Position numbers and translations under genes: made by a program. Below the pieces are notes generated by a model, which was not told the origin of the DNA, searched no databases, and saw nothing but the letters and a program-made list of their open reading frames with translations. Shown one piece after another: positions 37,504 to 48,953 of a stretch of DNA of 64,000 bases; positions within the stretch are counted from its first letter, which is position 1, and each line of letters starts with the position of its first letter. Origin of the DNA: Macrostomum lignano (lineage: Eukaryota); the NCBI GenBank assembly GCA_002269645.1, contig NIVC01000712.1, forward strand, positions 186,001 through 250,000, written 5' to 3'.

Positions 37504-38287
37504 TATAGGCCCATTCCATATAAGATGGACATTTTTGGAAAATAGAAAAAAGTCAATATTTTTGCTTGTCATTGCCTTATCAGCCATTTTTTTTTACCAA
37601 ATCTTTTTTGTATGTAATGTATACAATCTAAGAATAAATAAATGATAAAATGTTGGATTAGTATGTTATCAATTGGCAAAAAGTTATTTTTGTAAAAAAT
37701 TGGACATTTTCTAAGCAAAAGACATCATTAAGTTTATGTACCTTTTAAAAACAAATAGAAAGCTTTAGAAGGTTAAAACAAACTATATATAAAATTATAG
37801 TACTTGCATCATCAGATAAAAACATTAGCAACCATATAATCTATTATATATTTAATATATTAGTACCTCAAAGTTACTGAATTGACTGAAAAAAATATGT
37901 TACGACCATAAGGCTGCCTTTTCTTTTGTATCTTTGTTGCCTTTTTGAGTTTATATATTCTAATAGAAGAGTATGACTTCTAAAGATGTTCTTAGTCAAA
38001 TTAAAAAAAATATTGCAAAAAATCAAAAATGAAAAATGTTATAAGACTTTTACCTTTTCGTTTCTTTCTATATGTCAAAAATCCTGTTGTTACGACCATA
38101 AGTGCCATTCAAGGTTTAATAGCATCTATACTAATGATGATATCTATATGAAACTTTATAAACATATTCTTGACAAAAAAATCTTTCATTCAAAATATTG
38201 GTTTAGTATATTCTATTATTAGATTTCATTTTATAAGTAAAAATAGTCTGTCATGTTACGACCATAATTATATAGAATGGCCCTATA
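37504..38287. mobile_element. AT-rich non-autonomous TIR element
   Basis: TATAGGCCCATTCCATATAA / TTATATAGAATGGCCCTATA (18 of 20 inverted match); internal TGTTACGACCATAA three times. Confidence 0.6.
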
Positions 38288-38570
38288 GGTTTAGTTCAGC
38301 TGGTTAACAAACTGCCAGCTATGGCAAGACCAAGACAAGCATGCTTGCTAGTCTAGTCTAAGTCTAGAAACTAGTCTAGAGGCCAATTAAAAAGATTGAG
38401 GAGAAAAGTTGCAAGGGCCTTAAATCTTGATTTAACATGCATTTACTCCTATCTTTGTTTGCCCTTTTCCTAACTATTATGACTATACCTATGACTTCAA
38501 ATTTAAGAATCGATGCAAAGATAGTTCCAAGAATTGGAATTCAGTGGTTTCAAAATCTGTAGGTTTTAAT

Positions 38571-39608
38571 TAGGGGTCCCAATCCCGGGATCCCGGCTTT
38601 TTGTTAGTGTTTGGGATCCCGGGATTAGGGGTCCGGGATCCTGGTAAACACGGGATTGGAATTTACACTTTGCAGAAGTGAATATGTTTTGTCTTGCAAT
38701 TAGCACTCAACAGTTTTGGGAGAATTTTTGCATCTTGAGAATGAAGTTATAGAATAAAGGACAGTAGGGCTATCAATCAACTGTATCAAGCACTACTAGT
38801 CACTAGACTAGACTAAGGGGTCTGACTCTAGTCTAGACTCTAACTGTCTAAGTGGCAATGGCATGGACACTAGGCCCACTGGCCCAGCCCCTGCTGCAGT
38901 GCGCAGACACAGCTAAGGAAGGGAAAGGGGAAAATGGGGGTGGGGTGCGGACTGGGTTCTGAGTCTGAGTCTCTGTGTGTGTGTGCATGTGAGGTGGTCT
39001 GTGTTGGGGGCAGAGAGAGGCACCAGCACAGGGTATATGGTCCTAATCCGAGGGGAGAGAGTGTAGTTTAGTGTGTATGTACAACTAACAACTACATGTA
39101 ACTTCAACTATTTTATCAATGCAGTTCTACTCGTATAAGCTGGAAATAGAAATTAGAAACCTAAATACTCAAATTGGTTGAGAAATTGTTTTGTGGACAA
39201 TGGGAAAGCTTCCCGTAAATTTGTTTGTTCAATCCCGGGATTGGCCCAGGATCCCAGGATTGGGTCAATTTTTTGTCCAGGATCCCAGGATCATACATGT
39301 GCAACCTCCAAAATTCGGTCAGCCGTGCGACTTAGTTTTAACAAAAATGCGACGTAGTTTTTGGCCAAAAATGCGACTTACATATAAAAAAACCCGAAAG
39401 CAAAATTAACGCAACTCTGGGTAAACGGCAGGAGTAACTATGACTGTTTTATTAAGCTAAAATGCCTCGTCAGCTACTTAGTACTACTTTTCAGGTTATT
39501 TTTTGGGTGGGCATTTTTGCGACTTCCTTGATTGGCCGCCAAATCGGTCGGCCAACTGTTGCGCATGTATGCCCAGGATTGTAAAATGTCTAGGATTAGG
39601 GACCCCTA
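38571..39608. mobile_element. Non-autonomous hAT-type element
   Basis: TIR TAGGGGTCCC / GGGACCCCTA; perfect 8-bp TSD GTTTTAAT (38563-38570, 39609-39616); subterminal ATCCCGGGAT repeats. Confidence 0.88.
39419..39482 (+). pseudogene. 64-bp fragment of eukaryotic 28S rRNA (helix 69-71 region)
   Basis: GGGTAAACGGCAGGAGTAACTATGACT..AAATGCCTCGTCAGCTACTTAGT is colinear with the conserved LSU core GGGTAAACGGCGGGAGTAACTATGACTCTCTTAAGGTAGCCAAATGCCTCGTCATCTAATTAGT. Confidence 0.85.
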
Positions 39609-42600
39609 GTTTTAATAGCTTGTATCTCTACTAGATTTGTATTTTGCATCTGATGAGTCATTTGAATCAGGGCTCTTATCTTCCATGCCAAATCATCTAG
39701 CAAGTGGAATTATTCTTGAGCTAGGGCCTATAAGTATAGATGAATACATTATGAATTGTATCACACAATATTCACTATATTCATTTTACTTTGACTTCTA
39801 GACATTCATGAATCATGACTTATGTAGTATGCTCACTAAACTGTATTAAGAAATTTACAAATTTCCTCACAGGCACCTGCCACTAGATGGCATACAGATT
39901 AGCTATTATAAAAACACAAGTAATCTACATGGTATCCTAATTAGCTGATGAGGCATAATTAGCCTTAAAAATATAGTCATAGTAAATCCTGCTATTTATC
40001 CAAAAGTATGTTTATTTTGCTTTGCTATTTTAGAGGTAACTCATATTTTTTATTACCAACTGTCGCATGGCCAGCATTATTTAGGAGTTTGCACATGTAT
40101 ATGCAACAAGGTCCCACCCAGGCAATCTAGTACTGCATGTAAGATGTAATGATGTATGGTGTGTAGCAAGGAGAATTCTTTAGGCTTTTGAAAATATATG
40201 ACAAACGTAATGAATTCACAAACATACAGTACACGTTGGTGGATTTGTAGGTGGTTGCACTGGTTGGTTCAGATCGAGAATCAAGATCTAACAGATGAGC
40301 TACAGTAACATTTTCTTATCAGATATCCGAGATCTAGTTGAAGAATGTGCCGGCATTTGAAATTTTGACAATTTATAAACAAATCATCCAACACAAATAT
40401 GCAGAAAAATTTTAGTCCTAGTTAAAAAGGCTTTTAAAGTTAAATTTAAAATAGGCCTAATATTAATAATCCAATGGTAAATTGTTCCACGACAATCAAA
40501 TTTGGTACAAACTTAATTCCCTTAGAGCTTGATGTTTAATATTATAATTTAAAGTACATGTTTGATCATTACCTTTCCTCACAGAAAAGTACAAAACTCT
40601 AAAGATTAATAAAAAGCAGTTGTTAAATTCTGAAAGAATTGGAGAGGCAATAAGAAGTAAAAAAGAGGTATAAAAGGATTAAGGTAGACTTGCTCCTTTT
40701 CTTGCAAATTAAAATATAACAAAAGAACTGCTGTAGGACGAAAGTATAGGGTTTAGCAGTTCTGTAACATTTCAGAAAATGCTGTCAGAAATTTCTTTGT
40801 TTGTACTAACCAAATTTGATAAAGTACAGTAAACGGTTGTGTGCAAAACAACAACAACAAAAACAAAAACGACAACAACAAAAACAGCAAAAAATTACAT
40901 TGTCAGCCAGTCAAGCGTAGGAAAATGTCATAGGGCGCGTTTTAAGGACTGGGCGCGAACGTATAGGCCGCACCGCCTGCGCGGTGCACCTGCATCAGCC
41001 AGCTATGTAGCAAGGAAGGCAGTCAAGAGGTCCACGAAACGCCCGCCCGTAAGTAGGGCGGGCGCGTCAGCAGTATGCAGCACCTCCTGCACTGGCTGTG
41101 GGCAGTGCGACTCGGCTCACATAAAATCGCCTGCCAGCTAGAGCTAACAACAGTAATTGCTGGGATGGCAACAGGCCGGTGCGGTGATCGCGTATATGCG
41201 TATCAATCTTTGACTACGAGCTAAAATAAAAGCTACATATACACGATTTTAGTACGTATTCATTTCCCGATTGACATTCAGATTCACATTCAAATTTTAA
41301 CAAAGCCGCTGTAACCTTTCTTTACTTGAACGAAACGCTTTAAAATTTTACAAAAACTTTGACGCAATCAAGAAAAAAACCTACGTAAAATATCTCAGCA
41401 TTTAAAAATTGACTGTACAAATTATTCACATATAAAGTTTGTTCCTATCGAGACCTTAGTGTATTATTATGCAACTCAACAAAACGGCTTAAAATACACG
41501 CAGAGCTACGAGACTTTATTTTTCTCTTGACGCATGCGAGATGCGTTGGCAAGTCAAAAATCAGCACCCTAGCTTAAAGCCTGTACGAGTTATTCACCTG
41601 CAAACTGTGTTCCTATCTCCGTAGTGTATTTTGGGGGTCCAGCTTGACATTCGCTGACAGACACTTCTACTCAACGTAGAGCTATGAAACTTTATTTTTC
41701 TCTTGACGCACGCGAGATGCGTTGGCAAGTCAAAAATCAGCACCCTAGCTTAAAGCCTGTACGAGTTATTCACCTGCAAACTGTGTTCCTATCTCCGTAG
41801 TGTATTTTGGGGGTCCAGCTTGACATTCGCTGACAGACACTTCTACTCAACGCAGAGCTACGAAACTTTATTTTTCTCTTGACGCATGCGAGATGCGTTG
41901 GCAAGTCAAAAATCAGCACCCTAGCTTAAAGCCTGTACGAGTTATTCACCTGCAAACTGTGTTCCTATCTCCGTAGTGTATTTTGGGGGTCCAGCTTGAC
42001 ATTCGCTGACAGACACTTCTACTCAACGCAGAGCTACGAAACTTTATTTTTCTCTTGACGCATGCGAGATGCGTTGGCAAGTCAAAAATCAGCACCCTAG
42101 CTTAAAGCCTGTACGAGTTATTCACCTACAAACTGTGTTCCTATCTCCGTAGTGTATTTTGGGGGTCCAGCTTGACATTCGCTGACAGACACTTCTACTC
42201 AACGCAGAGCTACGAAACTTTATTTTTCTCTTGACGCATGCGAGATGCGTTGGCAAGTCAAAAATCAGCACCCTAGCTTAAAGCCTGTACGAGTTATTCA
42301 CCTGCAAACTGTGTTCCTATCTCCGTAGTGTATTTTAGGGGTCCAGCTTGACATTCGCTGAGAACCACTATATTGCTGTATAAAAACTGGAAAATTAGGA
42401 CGGGTGAAAATTCATATCTCGAGCAACTGTTTATTTTCAAAACAAATTAACATTTTTCAAAGCGTAACTTAAAGCGGGAAATTAAAGCAATGAACGGAAC
42501 AAAAATTTTTAAAGAAAAACATCATGCATCAAGAAGCATAAATAAATTTTGCGCTGTATGGCTTAATCTGCATGCTTAGAAAAGTACTAAGAGATTTTTA

Positions 42601-42743
42601 GTGCATTTTGTAGAAGAAGAAAAACATCATGTACTAGAGGAAGGAAATTAATTATTTAGAGTTGGACGAGAATTCTTTTATTGAAATGGCAAGTAAATTA
42701 TTTAAGACTTCGAAACCTTTAGCTCAATTAGCTCATTCCTGCT

Positions 42744-43203
42744 TTTTGTGTCGTAACTAGGAGCCCGTAAAAGGGCCGTTCGTCTAACTAACCTTTTCTT
42801 ACTTTTTCTTACTACTCTACTTTAAGTAGTGCAGTTAATAAATTATTCGTATATTGTATTGTGAAACGTATTTTTAATCACGTGACATTTTGGCGGTCGA
42901 ATTTATCGATCGTGTAACAATTTACTGTTAAATATCAAATATAAGCGCGGGTTGCCCTAAGTGGAGCTCGTACCTTTTTTTCCGGCAAAAAGTCTTACCT
43001 GCCACTCGTGTTTCCTGTGTTAGTCTGCTGAGACACCACATTGGCGACGAGGATGGGATACGAACCCACGCGGGGAAACCCCAATGGATTAGCAGTCCAG
43101 GGAGGGGGGAAATGTTGTGTCGTGACTAGGAGCCCGTAAAAGGGCCGTTCGTCTAACTAACCTTTTCTTACTTATTCTTACTACTCTACAGTAGTGCAGT
43201 TAA
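42744..43203 (+). mobile_element. TRIM-like miniature LTR element, 3' LTR truncated
   Basis: About 297-bp 5' LTR ending CA (43040), PBS TGGCGACGAGGATGGGA, polypurine tract 43100-43112, then TG-starting copy of the first about 90 bp of the LTR. Confidence 0.7.
43042..43099 (-). tRNA. tRNA-Ser(GCT) 3' two-thirds copy with encoded CCA (not a functional gene)
   Basis: Minus strand TGGA CTGCTAA TCCAT TGGGGTTTCCCCGC GTGGG TTCGTAT CCCAT CCTCGTCG CCA; D arm and 5' acceptor strand missing. Confidence 0.9.
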
Positions 43204-43692
43204 GAAAAAGTAACAATTGTCGAAAAAACGAAAAATGTAGAAAAATAACGACACAACACTGCTCACTGGCATAAAACGAATCTGTTACTCGTACATGAGC
43301 TAGGAATAAAATCCACGAAATTATATAAATTAGATTACAGTATTTACACTTTCCGCCTCTGTTGTCTGGACAGTGACTAAGATTCAGGGAATTCATCTAA
43401 TGGGAAACATATGACGGGATAGAAAGTTCACAAATTCGGCTCTGGTTATAGCTGGGTCACCCACCTGAGCCTGAAAAATAATTTCTGTACGGACCCCTGC
43501 CACACATCCCTTATGAGCACGCATCGCATCATTTTTACGCTGCTTTAGTGGGGTCCTCATGATCGGGAGTTGTTTGAGCCATCTGGTGTAGCCCGGAAGT
43601 CGAAAACGGGACTCATAGGAAGTCTGCTACACCATGCAGCCATGCAGAAGACTTTTTAAACAGTTGGATCCTCTTTCTGTGAATGATGAAGA

Positions 43693-43970
43693 GGTGACCG
43701 GACATTTTGTCAACCAGCATTTCGTCAACCGGCAGTTCGTCAACCAGACATTACGGCAACTCAGCAAATTGTAGCTGATAATTATAGCTCTGCACCAGCC
43801 AGAGAATGTGAGAAGTGATAATGCGATGTCAAATTTGTTTAAAGAATTTACACTTGGAAGTAAATTTTAGCTTGAATCAAATGTCCAGTTGCCGTAATGT
43901 CTTCATGGTTACGTGATGTACATGTACGGTACCAGTTGTCAAAATGCCGGTGGACGAAATGTCCTGGAAC
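43693..43970. mobile_element. MITE with 9-bp TSD nested in the foldback spacer
   Basis: Imperfect TIR ..CCGGACATTT / AAATGTCCTGG.., internal CATTTCGTCAACC repeats, flanked by TGATGAAGA on both sides. Confidence 0.7.
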
Positions 43971-46416
43971 TGATGAAGATACGCCCGTACTAGCGCATTA
44001 GACTACAAAAACCATTGTACTTTAAGGGAACGTCAGAACGTTAGCTCTTTTGTTTTCAGATGATCAGATGTCAGAAAAATAAAGTTTCATAGCTCTACGT
44101 TGAGTAGAAGTGTCTGTCAGCGAATGTCAAGCTGGACCCCCAAAATACACTACGGAGATAGGAACACAGTTTGCAGGTGAATAACTCGTACAGGCTTTAA
44201 GCTAGGGTGCTGATTTTTGACTTGCCAACGCATCTCGCGTGCGTCAAGAGAAAAATAAAGTTTCGTAGCTCTGCGTTGAGTAGAAGTGTCTGTCAGCGAA
44301 TGTCAAGCTGGACCCCCAAAATACACTACGGAGATAGGAACACAGTTTGCAGGTGAATAACTCGTACAGGCTTTAAGCTAGGGTGCTGATTTTTGACTTG
44401 CCAACGCATCTCGCATGCGTCAAGAGAAAAATAAAGTTTCGTAGCTCTGCGTTGAGTAGAAGTGTCTGTCAGCGAATGTCAAGCTGGACCCCCAAAATAC
44501 ACTACGGAGATAGGAACACAGTTTGTAGGTGAATAACTCGTACAGGCTTTAAGCTAGGGTGCTGATTTTTGACTTGCCAACGCATCTCGCATGCGTCAAG
44601 AGAAAAATAAAGTTTCGTAGCTCTGCGTTGAGTAGAAGTGTCTGTCAGCGAATGTCAAGCTGGACCCCCAAAATACACTACGGAGATAGGAACACAGTTT
44701 GCAGGTGAATAACTCGTACAGGCTTTAAGCTAGGGTGCTGATTTTTGACTTGCCAACGCATCTCGCATGCGTCAAGAGAAAAATAAAGTTTCGTAGCTCT
44801 GCGTTGAGTAGAAGTGTCTGTCAGCGAATGTCAAGCTGGACCCCCAAAATACACTACGGAGATAGGAACACAGTTTGCAGGTGAATAACTCGTACAGGCT
44901 TTAAGCTAGGGTGCTGATTTTTGACTTGCCAACGCATCTCGCGTGCGTCAAGAGAAAAATAAAGTTTCATAGCTCTACGTTGAGTAGAAGTGTCTGTCAG
45001 CGAATGTCAAGCTGGACCCCCAAAATACACTACGGAGATAGGAACACAGTTTGCAGGTGAATAACTCGTACAGGCTTTAAGCTAGGGTGCTGATTTTTGA
45101 CTTGCCAACGCATCTCGCATGCGTCAAGAGAAAAATAAAGTCTCGTAGCTCTGCGTGTATTTTAAGCCGTTTTGTTGAGTTGCATAATAATACACTAAGG
45201 TCTCGATAGGAACAAACTTTATATGTGAATAATTTGTACAGTCTATTTTTTAATGCTGAGATATTTTACGTAGTTTTTTTCTTGATTGCGTCAAAGTTTT
45301 TGTAAAATTTTAAAGCGTTTCGTTCAAGTAAAGAAAAGTTACAGCGGCTTTGTTAAAATTTGAATGTGAATCTGAATGTCAATCGGGAAATGAATACGTG
45401 ATTTTAGTGACAGATAAGTTTGCTATATATTGCTATTAATTATATATAGTACGTGAAAAATTTACGAAAAACTGCAATTTTTCATCATTTAGAACGCTTA
45501 AACACTATTTGTAGCTGTGCTGTGGTGCTCTCTAAAATTAGTTTTATTACTGACAAACGTTCATGCAATTGCGGATTGTGGGATGCCACACTGTCTTTAC
45601 ATATACATTTTTGCATCTTTAAAAACGACGTACCAATAACGTACTTGTGCAATAAAGACATAGAGACGTTTGTACTTGTAAATAGCTCGTACTACATACA
45701 AAAGACAGTACATGGTACACACGGAACTTCTGATAAAAAAGAATCACAAAGACAAGGGCAAAGTATAGGGATCGAAGCTGGGGGCTATGATGATATTTTT
45801 CCAATCCAAATTTTAATATGTGAATTTTGACAGGTGATTATAAATATCAATCAAAACATCTCTGGTATATGTCTGATTGAGTAATTTAAGTTAAAAAGAT
45901 TTGAAAATTACAAATATTTGCGAATATTTATAGCTATTGTGGGCTCGTGCGAGAAGCGATCGCGAGTTATCGAACACTTATATATAGTTCGATAACCCTC
46001 GATAACAATACGAGCGTATTACGAGAGTTTACTATAGATGTCCCTTCTACATGCATGCAGCGACGTCCTGAGACGTCGGGTACGCCGCAGAAGCGTAGGC
46101 GGACATTGAAATTTTCCACGGAAAGTGAAACAGACTGGACAAAGTGTACGTAAGCAACATTTTTCGATAGATTAGTATGCGCAGGTAGTAAGATAGTATA
46201 GGAAAAGACATTTGTTAGTCATATCTAAGTTTTATTATGTACATGTTAAGCCTCATTTGAAACGTTTTGATAGTACACTTTATTTGATTGGCTATCCATC
46301 CTTGACCTGACAACCATGCCATATTTTTGCTATAAAGTTATTCTCAAGTCTTTTCGTCAGGCTAGCTATCATGCCTTACATGTACATGTAGCTTCAGTCC
46401 CGAAAGCTTGCATTAT

Positions 46417-48953
46417 TCACTCCACTAGAATCATCATTCGAATGCTTTTTAGCGACACAAAAGCATTATCAATGGCATACCAAGTAATGTACTTGTGATG
46501 ACGAATCTCGCCGCTAACAAACAGTCCATTAGGATTGGTGTAGAAGCAGCTCTTGAACCACCATCCCGACGCGCTGGCGTAGTTAATCGAGCAGGAAAAT
46601 GAACTAGCCTGATCGTTATCACGGTCCATAGTGGAGAACATCATGCCTCGGCTCCTCTCGGCCAGTCCGTCGGTGGCGATGTTGGACCTCTCGGTGGCGT
46701 AGCGACTGTAGCTCAGCAGGTAGTTGGTCGACGAGTTGCCCACCTGAAAGCCGTCGTACTCGCAGTGGAACTGAGAGCCGTCCCATTTGGTCAGTTCAAA
46801 GCGTACGGTTGCTCCGGCGCCGTTATTGCCCGTGTCGCCATATGTGGTGAGTCGGTGCAGTTGTTTGAGTCCTGCATTGCAATATTAAGGATTATTATAT
46901 TGCATGTACTCGGGAAAAGACTGAGTGAGAGTGACAGCTTGATGAGTAAAGAGCGCCGTGTCTCTTTGTTGGCGCCGCTGTTTCTTGGTAGGCATCCTGT
47001 TTCTTGGTGGGCGCCCTGTCTCTTGGTGGGCGCCCTGTCTCTTGGTAGGCGCCCTGTCTCTTGGTGGGCGCCCCTGTCTCTTAGTGGGTGCCCTGTCTCT
47101 TGGTGGGCGCCCTGTCTCTTGGTGGGCGCCCTGTCTCTTGGTGGGCGCCCCTGTCTCTTAGTGGGTGCCCTGTCTCTTGGTGGGCGCCCTGTCTCTTAGT
47201 GGGTGCCCTGTCTCTTGGTGGGCGCCCCTGTCTCTTGGTGGGCGCCACTGTCTCTTGGTGGGCGCCCATGTCTCTTTGTGGGCACCCCTGTCTCTTGGTA
47301 GGCGCCCCCTGTCTCTTGGTAGGCGCCCCTGTCTCTTGGTGGGCGCCCCTGTCTCTTGGTGGGCGCCCCTGTCTCTTGGTAGGAGCCCCTGTCTCTTGGT
47401 GGGCACCCCTGGCTCTTGGTGGGCGCAGCCGTCTCTCCTGGTGGGCGCCCCCTGTCTCTTGGTAGGCGCCCCTGTCTCTTGTTGGGCGCCCCTGTCTCTT
47501 GTTGGGCGCCCCTGTCTCTTGGTAGGAGCCCCTGTCTCTTGGTGGGCGCCCCTGTCTCTTGGTAGGAGCCCTATCTCTTGGTGGGCGCCCCTGTCTCTTG
47601 GTAGGAGCCCCTGTCTCTTGGTGGGCGCCCCTGTCTCTTGGTAGGAGCCCCTATCTCTTGGTGGGCGCCCCTGTCTCTTGGTAGGAGCCCCTGTCTCTTG
47701 GTGGGCGCCCCTGTCTCTTGGTAGGAGCCCCTGTCTCTTGGTGGGCACCCTGTCTCTTTTTGTGGGCACCCTAACCCCTGGTTTCTAGGCCGGTGCATGC
47801 CACGACCGAGAGATAGCAAAAGTTGATGAGCTCCCGTCATTCATCGAGTTCAGGTTACCTGTTTCATTTAGTTTTTGGAGAAGCGAGAAAAACAACCCTA
47901 GTTGGGGTAACGGAGGCTTTGAGCACAATTGCAAATTAAGGCCACAGTCGCCAGCGAAGAGGCAAAGCAGTCATGCCAATTCCACACCCGGTTACGTTCG
48001 AGCGTTACGCTCTCACATACGCTGGTAGACTACCAGACTAATTTCCTTGAACGAGTGATAAATTAAGGGGGTCCAGTGCAGAATCGCACTCAGCAACCCC
48101 ACCACAGGCCCCCTACATGCAGAATCCACCAAGCACAAGCCCTATTGTCTTCCCAAGAGAGCCACCTGTCCAGAAGTTGTCCGCATCGCCAAATCCTGTT
48201 TCGTAGTCTAGCCAGGTCCGGCTGAAGTTCACGCTGGCAGACAGACGCTGCTGCAGTAGGCAGAAGCGACGGGAGCCGATCCAGCGCACGCGACAATCCG
48301 GAAATTCGTCAGTTCGATCTGTGTGGTTTTAAATTGTCAGCTTGAATTGAGTTGGAACAAATCGTATCCAAGGACCACAAGAAGTTACCGTTGTATCTTC
48401 ATAACTACGGTTACGATAACTGTTGTTACTGTTGTTGCTACGGTGACTTCTTGTGGTCTTCGATGGTAACTTTATGTATTAGTGACTTACACAGCTTCAT
48501 GAGCTCACAGCCATTAGGCAAGTAGCTGTGGCTTATGTCGCTAACGTTGTACATCAGGCAGAGTCCATTAGGCAGTCTGCACACCGATTTGCAATGCCTT
48601 TTGTGCCTATTCAGAGCGCACAGCTGCAGACACTGCGAGAGACTGTCCGATGGAGTCACGGTTGACACCGTTGCGATGGATGCATTGATACCAGGATTTG
48701 GAGCGATTGACAAGAAGCCGAAGGTGCCTAAAGTTTATGTACAGGTATCTATGATACAGTAAAGATAAGAATATCCGTTGTTTTTGGTGCGTACAAAGCG
48801 ACCAAGCATTATATAATGCACTACAGATCACAACGCATGCTAAATTTAAGCATATTACTTACTCGTACTTCTGGATGTCTCACAAGAAAATACTGTTTGG
48901 TCATGGCATACGAGACTTGCCATGGCAACCAAAAGCTGGAGCAGCAGTTGCAT
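46417..48953 (-). CDS. Secreted protein with a PAN/apple-like Cys domain and a fibrinogen C-terminal (FReD) domain, four exons, 311 aa
   Basis: complement(join(46417..46871,48166..48318,48491..48727,48863..48953)), all phase 1. Signal peptide MQLLLQLLVAMASLVC; C..C...C.S..C cluster; FReD motifs QQRLSASVNFSRTWLDYETGFG..NFWTGLKQLHRLT, FSTMDRDND and GWWFKSC..NPNG. Confidence 0.85.
46955..47775. repeat. 19-21-bp intronic minisatellite
   Basis: GGGCGCCCCTGTCTCTTGGT variants. Confidence 0.95.

Larger units (their letters stand above)
41254..45399. mobile_element. Foldback-type (Mutator-like) element, non-autonomous
   Basis: Arms about 41254-42361 and 44073-45399 are inverted copies, each with about 250 bp unique end plus a 176-bp tandem unit (about 5 left, 6 right). 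Exact 9-bp TSD GATTTTAGT (41245-41253, 45400-45408). Confidence 0.93.

Noticed and set aside
39874-39892. CCACTAGATGGCA CTCF-like motif
   Set aside because: A single short motif is expected by chance; no supporting context.
39940-39975. CTGATGAGGC..GCC resembling a hammerhead core
   Set aside because: Lacks GAAA after stem II and has no closing stems.
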